A DNA stretch of 64,000 nucleotides. Source: Nemertoderma westbladi (lineage: Eukaryota; Animalia; Xenacoelomorpha). The notes below the pieces were generated by a model. It was not told where the DNA came from and ran no database searches. It saw only the letters and a list, made by a program, of their open reading frames with translations. Position 1 is the first letter of the stretch, and every line of letters begins with the position of its first letter. Shown here in pieces: positions 25,049 to 35,000 of the stretch. The position numbers were made by a program, and so were the translations under genes. The DNA is taken from the NCBI GenBank assembly GCA_032718475.1, contig JAUCBJ010007635.1, positions 62,001-126,000 on the forward strand. The letters run 5' to 3'.

Positions 25049-27592
25049 TTATCTGTTCCTCCTCACGTCCTCTTCCCTGGCCCGTTTCTTGGTTATCACC
25101 GCTCCTCTGGCATCATCCGCTTTCTGTTTCCGGACCTTTGCTGCCACTTCCTTGCTGATCCCGGTCGTCGGCTCCTTGGGCGCTGGTGTTATTAAAGCCC
25201 GATACCGCTTCGCCGGTGGCCCCTCAGAATGGCCTGGTTGTCTCCCTCGTGTGGCGTCCCATAGGATCATCTTCATTGCCTTTGGTACGTGTTCCGCCAA
25301 GAAATCCCTAAACTCCCTCCGGTTCTCTGGTGTCCACCTGTCCAGGTACCGTTGCGTGTTCATAACTCCGGCGAACGATGCCGCCGTAGCTACCTCTTGA
25401 TAGGTAAACGGTAACCTTCGCTTTATGATTTCCATGTGGGTCTCCTGGTTTATGAGGAAGAAACCCCACTTGAACTCTTGGGCCTTCATGCGCTGGCGCG
25501 TCATAGCCCCGACGTCGGCCCACTCCTCGAACCTCGTGAACTTCTCCTCGTCGCTCATCCAGTCGCACTCGCGTCCGTAGTGTCCCCGAAAGTGGCACTT
25601 TGGACATCGGTTATGCAACCGTGGACACGCCCCCATCCTGTGACTTGGTTCTCTACAATAGAGACAAAAGGTTCCCCGTTGGAACCGGTATAGGCAGCTG
25701 CTTTCCCGATGGGTCTGTCTCCCACAGTAGTCGCAGCCGAGTACCAATGTCTCGCGTCCCACCTCGTCCTTCGTCCCAATCGATCTCCGCGGTCTGTGGA
25801 GTCGCTGGTAGGCGAACTTCTCTACGTTGCTCTCCCTGTTTACGTCTATCTCTCCGCCCCTCTCGGGCATCGTCTCCCCGAATACTATCCGTGGTGCCGT
25901 CCCCGGTTGCTCGCCCAACCTGATGGTGCTCCCCGCGAAATCCATCGCCGGCCCCTCGTGCACCCAGGTCCGCTTGCCGGATCTGTTCCAGAAGGCCCTT
26001 GCCCCACTGGCCGTCACCACCCTTCCGCCAACCCAGTCTGTGTCCGAGTGGCCTATCCTTTCGATGGGCGGTATCTCTCCGAACTCGTCGTCGTCGTCCT
26101 CCTCTTCTGGTAGTGTCTCCAATCCCGGTATCCCGATGGATCCACTATGTCCCTTCCCGCCTTGGCTCTCGCCCGTAGCTCTCCATCCCTCTAGCTCCCT
26201 TAACTTCCTTGGCGGTTGGTCGCCCTCGGCGCCCGCTGGTATGGGCGTCGTTTGCAACCCCGACGTCGACTGTTTCGGCGATCCCACCGTCCATCCCAAT
26301 TCTCGTCCTAGAGACTCCCCCGAACTCCCTGACGAAGTCCAATGAAGTTCGTCTAGGCCCGCCTGTTCCTCGAAGCCGTAACTCTGTGCCCTGGCTTCCT
26401 CTTCCCTCTCCTCTGCTTCTATCCTCTCCCGTCTAGCGACTTCTTCCAGTCGCTTTGCTTCCCGTCTATCCATCTCTAGCTGCTCCCATCTCTGATACGG
26501 TGTATCTGTCTCCCCATCTACCAGATGTCGGCTGTTGTAGTACACCGACTCGCCCTTCAGCCCCGGGTGGTCTACCAGACCGTCAAAGGCCGTCTTAAAG
26601 GCTCTCCTGTAGCTTAGGGGTGATCCCGATAGCAGAAATGCCCCTGGTTCTCTTTCGATAACTACGGTCATGAATAAGTTAAGTAAACTTATCATCATCC
26701 AGTCCTCCTGCAGGATATATCGCTTCTGATATACCTTTATCGCTCCTCTGCGAAACTGATATACCTCCTGCTTTCCCGGTCTCGCTCCCCACTTCAGCGA
26801 GTTCGCTAGTTCTGCTCCGTATTCTTCCCTAAACTTCCCCCAATCCATTGGTTTGTGGCATACGAGCCCCAATAATTGGCCCATCGCCACCGCCCCGCAT
26901 TGGCCTGGGTTCTCGACCACCCCCAATCCATCCGGTGCCGTCATAGCCATAAAGACTTTCTGCATATCCAGGAGGTTGGTGGCGTCCGGACCGATGATCC
27001 TCTCCGCGTCCTCGCGAATCGCCGATCCCACTTTCGTCGTCGACTTCTCTCTTACTAAGACTTGTACCGCTTTCGGCAGTCGGTCTAATTTCGGCCCGTC
27101 CTTCTTCCCATACGTCCCTAGGTCGAATAAGAAGATGTCCCCATTTGGCGCTGCCAAATGCAAGAGTATGGTCCTGGCCGACCCTGCCGTTCCTCGTCTC
27201 GAACCCGCTTCGTCTTCCACGGTTCCCTCGTCATCTAGGATCATATATCCTCCTCTGTTGACGGACTCTATGAATCTTTTCCAGTCCTTCCTCGGCGATT
27301 CCCTCGGATACTTCGGAATCCCGAACTTCGCCTCGTCTCCTTTCACTACGTAGTGGAAGTGTTGGAAGATCGCGTTGTCCAGCGACGGCGTCCCGTAGGT
27401 CCCAACCAACCGCTGTTCGTGCGCCTCCCGGAAGTGATCCTGCAGCGCTCGTGCCGCGTGACCCCTTTCCAACCTCTCGTAGTATCCTCTCGTCTTCTCC
27501 TCCGGGTGTCTTTCGGTGAAATCCACCAATATTTCTTTTCCTCCTGACTCCGCTTTTCTCTTCCTGATCAGCTTGCTCGCCATTCCGAACAC
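25049..27592 (-). CDS. Accessory protein of element A: DEDD-type 3'-5' exonuclease domain + acidic linker + three CCHC-like zinc knuckles (first ATG at 27583)
   Basis: ExoI MILDDEG, ILLHLA..GDIFLFDL, LPKAVQVLV, ExoII KVGSAIRED, LLDMQ, ExoIII-like QKRYILQED. Knuckles CDYCGRQTHRESSC, CLYCREPSHRMGAC, CPKCHFRGHYGREC. 847-codon uninterrupted frame, same strand as pol. Confidence 0.85.
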   Translation of the reverse strand: MFGMASKLIRKRKAESGGKEILVDFTERHPEEKTRGYYERLERGHAARALQDHFREAHEQRLVGTYGTPSLDNAIFQHFHYVVKGDEAKFGIPKYPRESPRKDWKRFIESVNRGGYMILDDEGTVEDEAGSRRGTAGSARTILLHLAAPNGDIFLFDLGTYGKKDGPKLDRLPKAVQVLVREKSTTKVGSAIREDAERIIGPDATNLLDMQKVFMAMTAPDGLGVVENPGQCGAVAMGQLLGLVCHKPMDWGKFREEYGAELANSLKWGARPGKQEVYQFRRGAIKVYQKRYILQEDWMMISLLNLFMTVVIEREPGAFLLSGSPLSYRRAFKTAFDGLVDHPGLKGESVYYNSRHLVDGETDTPYQRWEQLEMDRREAKRLEEVARRERIEAEEREEEARAQSYGFEEQAGLDELHWTSSGSSGESLGRELGWTVGSPKQSTSGLQTTPIPAGAEGDQPPRKLRELEGWRATGESQGGKGHSGSIGIPGLETLPEEEDDDDEFGEIPPIERIGHSDTDWVGGRVVTASGARAFWNRSGKRTWVHEGPAMDFAGSTIRLGEQPGTAPRIVFGETMPERGGEIDVNRESNVEKFAYQRLHRPRRSIGTKDEVGRETLVLGCDYCGRQTHRESSCLYRFQRGTFCLYCREPSHRMGACPRLHNRCPKCHFRGHYGRECDWMSDEEKFTRFEEWADVGAMTRQRMKAQEFKWGFFLINQETHMEIIKRRLPFTYQEVATAASFAGVMNTQRYLDRWTPENRREFRDFLAEHVPKAMKMILWDATRGRQPGHSEGPPAKRYRALITPAPKEPTTGISKEVAAKVRKQKADDARGAVITKKRAREEDVRRNR

Positions 27593-28089
27593 TACACTCG
27601 CTCACCTGTAGGGTGGTGCCTTACCAAGGCGCAATACAGATGAGTGATGTACTAAGATGTTTCCTACAGTTCGATAATGGCCTGCTTTTCTACTTAACTG
27701 CGCCTTTCAAGCCTAATTTAATTTAATTAATTTCGGAGCTAGTAAATCAGCCTAATTTACGATTTCTGTCCGTTACTTTTATTATGTTCTAGAACGACTT
27801 TCCTTGTGTTACCACTATTTTCGATTTTAGCCCTATTCTATTTATTTATTTATTTTTCTTTGGTTCTACTGTCCTGCTACTTACTACTGCCTATGGGTTT
27901 ATTCTGTTCTCTCTCTGATCCCTATTCTGGCCTACTCAGTGGGCCTATGCAGTACAGCAGTATGCGTCGTGTGGCCACACGATTTATCCAGCTGCACTCA
28001 TATGCCCCCCTCTCGCTACTAACTCTACTTACTCCTAACTAATATCTATATCTTATTTTACCCCCTTTTGCCTCTTACTCTCTCTCTCT

Positions 28090-28926
28090 AACTAGTGGTA
28101 CTACGTACCCTCTAACTCTAACTCTATCGGTACTACCTACCCTCTAACTCTAACTCTAACTAGGCATTACGTACCCTCTAACTCTAACTCTAACTAGGTA
28201 CTACGTACCTACTAACTCTCTAACTATCGGTACTACGTACCCTCTGACTCTAACTCTAGGTACTACGTACCTACTAACTCTAACTCTAACTAGGTACTAC
28301 GTACCTACTAACCCTAACTCTCGGCACTACCTACCCTCTAACTCTATCTAGGCATTACGTACCCTCTAACTCTAACTAGGTACTACGTACCTATTAACTC
28401 TCTAACTATCGGTACTACGTACCCTCTGACTCTAACTCTAGGTACTACGTACCTACTAACTCTAACTCTAATTAGGTACCACGTACCTACTAACCCTAAC
28501 TCTCGGCACTACCTACCCTCTAACTCTATCTAGGCATTACGTACCCTCTAACTCTAACTAGGTACTACGTACCTATTAACTCTCTAACTATCGGTACTAC
28601 GTACCCTCTGACTCTAACTCTAGGTACTACGTACCTACTAACTCTAACTCTAATTAGGTACCACGTACCTACTAACCCTAACTCTCGGCACTACCTACCT
28701 CCTAACTCTATCTAGGCATTACGTACCCTCTAACTCTAACTAGGTACTACGTACCTACTAACTAACTAACTCTAGGTACTGCGTACCTGCTAACTAACTG
28801 ACTCTAGGTACTACGTACCTACTAACTAACTATCGGTACTACGTACCTACTAACTAACTAACTCTAGGTACTACGTACCTACTAACTAACTAACTCTAGG
28901 TACTACGTACCTACTAACTAACTAAC
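28090..28926. repeat. Composite minisatellite between pol and the accessory ORF of element A
   Basis: Many copies of GGTACTACGTACC separated by CTCTAA/CTAA runs, with a higher-order period of about 180 bp (28381-28560 matches 28561-28740); a T-rich tract follows at about 28927-28962. Confidence 0.9.
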
Positions 28927-29042
28927 TTTTATTTATTTTTTTTTTTTTATTTTATTTTATTTGTGTGGGAAGGGCGTCTCGCCCTCAATCCCACCCCCCT
29001 CAGTCCAAAACTTGGACGACTAAACTTCACACTAACTCTAAT

Positions 29043-32000
29043 TTAAGGTGCCCCTTCTAGAAGACAGCATTTACCTACTGCTCTCCTGTAGGTTTTTCTG
29101 TCTTTCGCACCTATCTTTCCACCTATCCGCACTTCTACCGATCGGACTCTTCCGTCCTCGTCGGAGTAGGTGCCTACAACTCTCGCCAACCGCCATTGGT
29201 TGTTGATGATAGTATCATCCGTGACGATTACGAGATCTCCCTCTCTCAACTCCCTGTTTGGCTTCCTCCAATTGCTTCGCTTATGGAGCGTGGGTAGGTA
29301 TTCTTCTACCCACCTCCTCCAATACTCTGTGCTAATTGCTTTAGCTACTTTCCAACTTTGCCGGGAGTGTATATCATCTGGGTCTACACCCCGCATATCT
29401 ATGGTCGCTGGCCTTTCCATCAGGAAATGGCTAGGCGTCAACACGTCTAGTGACTCAGGGTCATCATTCTCCGGGTATAGCGGTCTGCTATTAATGATCC
29501 CCTCGCACTTTGCAAGTACCGTCCGTAAGACGTCTTCAGTGACCATGTGGGTATTCATCAGTTTCGTCATTAGACGTTTCGAACTGCCCACCAGTCTTTC
29601 GACGCATCCTAGTGTATGTGGTGCATACGGCGTCCGTCTCTCCCACTTCACTTGTCGTCTTCTCATGGCCGCCCTGACTTCTTCTCCCTCCAAGATGTTT
29701 AAGGCCTCTGCCATCTCACTCTCTGCACCCACAAAGTTGGTGCCGTTGTCGCTATATATCACTGCGATCGTCCCACCTTTGCGGTCCCTAAACCTTTCTA
29801 AGGCGTTAATGAAGGCTGATGCGGTTGCATCTTGGGCGAGTTCTATCCCTACCGCCCGCGTATTGTTGCATACGAAGATAATACCGTAGCGTTTCTCCGT
29901 GTGTCGCATCACCTTGATCTTTATCGGCCCGAACATGTCCACACCGCAATGTGTAAATGGCGGGTCGTGCTGTCTTACCCTACTCGCCGGTAGTGGCGCC
30001 ATCTCCTGTACGGCTCGTTCCTTCTTCGCTCGTCGGCAGGTCTGGCACTGCCCCACTACCGCTTTGACCTTCTTCCTTAGTTGTTTGACCCAATAGGTCC
30101 TCCTTATCTCTGTGAGGGTTCGGTTGGTGCCCCCATGCAGTATCGATTTGTGGGAGTCCCATATGATCTGGTGGACTATAGGCGATCCTGTGGGAATGAT
30201 GATGGGTTTCGGTGGCACGACTATACTGTTGTTATATCCCACCCTTGAATTCATTACTAGGATCCCATCCTCGTTGAGTTGTGGTGACAGCGTGATCAAC
30301 TCGCTATCCCGTCGGAGATGTTGTTGGTTACCGACACGTTCCACCTCGTCGCCATAGTTCTTGCGTTGTTCATAGCGGATCACTGCCTTGGCCGCTCCTT
30401 CCAGATCTATGGTTGTCCTGGCCTTCTTGTCCTTGCCGACTCCCGCAAGGAAATTCCCAAAGGCTCTCCAGTACGCCACTAGTTTCTTGGTCTTATACCA
30501 ACTAGAACTGTAGCTGAGGAGTTTATCCGTTGGGTTATCGCACAGTTCCCTTCCTGGTTGCACGTCCCTGATCTCCCTCACCATCTGGGAGTATATCTCT
30601 TCTCCCTCTGAATCTCCTTCTCCTTCTGATATTGGTTCCGAGCCCGGGTCCACCTTCCTCATCGGCGGCCAGGCCTCTCTATCGCTCAGAAATTGTGGCC
30701 CATGTTGCCACAATACTTCCTTCTTCAGGAAAGTGTGGCGTTCCACGCCCCTCGACAGTAAGTCCGCTGGGTTCTCATCTGTTGGGCAGTAGTGCCACCT
30801 TTCCAGTTCTGTGCTCGCCCTTATTTCGTCCACTCTATTCGCGACGAATATCGGGTATCTCGTCTTTTCGTTGTGTAGCCAACCAAGCACTACCATGGAG
30901 TCCGTCCAGTAGTGTGTCTCCACTATGTTGGGAATTGTATCCACTAGGTAGGCTGTGGCTCTAACTCCTAGTCTCGCAGCTGTCAATTCTAACTTGGGAA
31001 CAGATGCTGAATCTGGCGGCGTTGACTTAGCTTTGCTAAAGGCTAGTCTGGGCTTGTGAGGCCCCTCTCGTTGTACTAAATAGAGTGCCGCTCCGTATGC
31101 CTCTAACGACGCGTCGGAGAACATATGTAGGTCCAGATTCGTCATGTTCCCGTCCGGGAAATACACTCGCGGCATGTTGTATGTTCCCATCCTCTCCAAG
31201 TCTCCTGTCCATTTGCTCCACTGTTTCTTAATGTCTTCAGGTACCTCTACGTCCCACTCATCCTTCAACTTATATACTCTCTTGAGTATCTGTTTCCCCG
31301 TGACTAGTAATGGGGATGCTAGGCCTAAGGGATCGTATATCCTTGCTATATACGATACGTAACCCCTCTTCGTATGGGTGTCTGCACCCTCCTGGCTCAG
31401 CTGATACTTCAGTTCGTCTGTTTTCCTATCCCATACGATTCCCAACGCCTTCTGCTGGGATTCCGTTCTCTTAATCGCCATGTCCTGCCCTTTGGCTGTT
31501 GTAGGGTTGTCCATGGTCGATTCTGGTTTCTTGTCCTCTATTTCCCTGATAAATTCTTCTGAACTGGATTGGAATTTGGTCAGGTTGAAGCCGGATCCTC
31601 TCAGGATGTCGCGAACCTCGCGCCCTGTTTCCAGTATTTCCTCAACCGTATTTCCAGACTCCATGCCGTCGTCTACGTAGAAACCGCGTTTGATCATGTC
31701 GACGGCCCTACTGCTATATCTATCCTCCTTCCCCTTTACCGTGTCTCTCACTGCCATAGTCGTCGTAAATGAGGACGACTTGGCCCCCATGTTTTGTACT
31801 ACCATCTTATATGTCGGTATTATAGGCGGTTCTTCTTCTCCGTTATACCATAAGAAGCGTTGACTGTCGCTATCTTCCTCTGTTACTCGGACTTGGTTGA
31901 ACATGCCTTCTATGTCACACGTGAAGGCGTGTTTCCCATTCCTAAATCTAAGTAGTACTTCTATGCCCGAATTGTATATGTTTGGGCCCTCTAGTAGGTA

Positions 32001-35000
32001 ATCGTTTAAGCATTTTCCGTCGGTCTTTGCCGATGCATCGACTACCATCCTAAGTTTACCTTTCTTTGGGTCTAAAGCTACGTGGAGTGGCAGGTAGTAT
32101 GTCCTGTCCGTGTTCGGTTCGTCGACCGGTAACTCCACGGCCCATCCTTTCTCGACGTACTTCTTAATGGTTTTGTGAATGTACTCGTTCTTCTCGGGGC
32201 TCCGTTGTAGTGTTTGTTTCAGCTTGCGGAGTCTCGTGAGTACCATCCCTCTATTATCGGGTAGCGGTATCTTCGGCAGTTTCCACACCATTCCTATTGT
32301 ATACCGCCCCTCATCACATGTCATGGATTCCTCCACACTTTGTAGAGCCTGCTTGTCTTCTACCGAGGTCCCGACTCCGGTCTCTTTCAGTCCCTCGAAG
32401 TCCTGCCTGAGCAGTCTTTTAAGCTGCTCCTCTGCTCCCTCGTCACCCATTTCCTGCATTGTTCCTGCGAACATGCATCCTGATGTCTCCGACATCCTGA
32501 ATGGTATCTTGCTCTTAATTGGACCACTTAGCGTCCACCCGAATGGCGTTAGTATGGCCACCGGGTCGCTCTGCTTGTCTTCGCCGAAGACCGTTTGCAT
32601 TCTCTCGTGGGCTGTTGGGCAGTCCATGCCTACTATGATGGATACCTTCCTAACGTCCACGTCCGGGATTGAGAAGTCAATGTTGTCCAGGAATTTGTAT
32701 TGCTCGACCTCGATGTTGGTTGGCCGCCTGGCATTGATGTTTATTGACTCTATTACTTGGATGGGGTCGATGGTTGCCCCATAATCGCATCCTGGTGCCA
32801 CTGCTGCAATTGCGCACCGTCCTGTCCTCATCTCTAGGATCTCGTCTTTGCTAGAGATGGTTGTCACCGCCATCCTGCTTGGCCTCGTTCTCAACCCTAT
32901 TTCTTCGGCTACCCATTCCTCAACTAATGTGAAGGCAGCTCCACTATCAACCAGCATTAGTGTTGTTACTGATCGATTGCCTTCTCCGATCACTCGCACT
33001 GGTACTACTCCAAGTAGCACTGTTCCTCTCTTCTTCGCCCCTATTGTGCTTGTTGCCATCGTCTGGCCTCTCCTTTGGCCAAACTTGACCGGCTTCTCCT
33101 GGCATTCCCTGGCCTTGTGTCCACTCTTCACACATCGCGAGCAGATTTTATTGCTCGACGCGTAATCTATCTGGTCTTGCCTCGGTAGCGCCTGCCAGTA
33201 CCTGCAGTTCATGGTTTTGTGAAGCGCATTTGCGTGTAACTGGCACTTGCTCTTTGGGTCGTAGCCCTCTTTATACAATGCGTTGCGTATCGCAGTTATG
33301 TTTGTACCAAAGTCCCTACTATTCTTATTGACTGGGTTTGACCTACTGGACGTACTGGGGTTATATTTATTCATGTTGTTATTGTTCCCCTGTCCGTCCC
33401 TTGATGTCGTCCTATCTTCGCTTGCCTGTGGACTTGCAGTCCCCTGCGTCGCTGCATATGGCAATGATTGCCTGAGTCTCGGTAACGCGTTCGATGTATT
33501 GTGCTCTGGTTTGGGCCTGTAGTGATCTGTCTTTGGTCCCTTTCCCAGGCTATCTTCACTATAGACTGGGTCCGTTATTAGTTCAGCCTCGTAATTTAAG
33601 AAGTTTGACATTTCTTCTAAACCTGGTTCCGCACCCTTCTTGTCTCGGGTGGAGAAAGCGATCTTCCTCCATTTGTTGCGCAGCCAGCTCGGTAGTGCCT
33701 GCGCTATCGTGGTGATGTTATTGGACGCGTTGAGTTCGTATGGTGCGTCTAGCGTCTTCAGCACGATCAACGCCTTCTCGACTTTGTTAGCAAACGTCTT
33801 AATGCTAACGGGATTATCCTGTAGGCCACCCGATGTTATGCCTCTCAGCGTCTGCCTGATGATCTTGGCCGGGTGCCCGTATTCCCTGTCCAGTGCCCGC
33901 CATGCTGTCGTGAAGCCGCCCTCTATTCCTTGGTATTGCCTCACGATATCGTATGCTGGGCCTCCCGTGTACACTTGTAGATACTTTAGGCACTCCGCCT
34001 GCGTCAAGTTTTTTGTTAGTATTTCGTTACTATACATTCGCCGAAACTGCAAGTATTCTTCCGGCCTGCTCCCATCGAATTTGAACGGTTCCACGGGTGG
34101 TAATTCGATCCTTGTTTTCAACGCATCGATCAACGTGGCCATCCCCATTGCCTGCGCTTCTAATGGATTCGACGGATGCTGTATAGTTTCCCCTGTCTGG
34201 TGCGGTTCGTCCGTCCTATTTCTTAATCTTCTCTGACTCGGATATGTCATCGGGGGTAGCGGCCCCCTCCATATGTCTGTATCACACGACCTGTTTTCGT
34301 CCAAGGGTTTCATTGTTCTTGCTACCATCGGGGTATATTGTTGATATTGTGATGGGGGAATGTCACCCTGTCCCCCCCCCACCGGTATGTCTGGTACTGG
34401 GGTTGATGTTAATACGTTGGGGCCCATGCACCTATCCGCGATAATTCCCCCTTCCCCTGGGTATATGTTATGTCCCTGCATGCTGTAGTCATACTGCTGT
34501 GCTGGTACCGGTATAGGCCTATCAGCTTCTGGCCTACTCGCCGGTATGTATTCCGCGACTTCCGGGTTTAATCCCGTTGTCCGCGCCATCCTATCGCCTA
34601 CATTGCCTCTCTCAGTATGGCCTACGGTATGTGCAGTAAGACCTACAGTATGCCCTACAGTCTGCATGTGTTGCTCGGGATCGAAGTTTATTCTTCTCGA
34701 ATAATCCTCCCCGCGGCTACCGTATTCTCGATCGGTAGATACATTCCGTCGGAAAGTTTCTCTTCGGCCCCCCTCTCTACTGTTCTCTTCTTCGTACCGG
34801 TACATCGCGTACCCCTCTCTCGGCGTGTAATGCGTCTCATCGGATCGCATCCCTCCGGGGCGACGGCAATCTCCCGGAGTCCGACCCCACTGACTCTCCG
34901 TTCTCATCTCGATTACCGACGGCTCGCTGTCCGTCCTCGCTCTTCTATCGTTTGCGGCGATACTTCTACTACTCCCTTCCTCTCTTCTCCTATCAGTGGA

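Noticed and set aside
25049-27592. env gene interpretation of the third-position ORFs (also 57578-61831)
   Set aside because: No signal peptide, fusion peptide or transmembrane anchor; nuclease and knuckle motifs are present instead.
28200-28925. Multiple TACTAAC branch-point words and TTAGAG as true telomere repeats
   Set aside because: TACTAAC is antisense to the element, and the hexamers are interspersed within an internal minisatellite rather than forming a terminal array.
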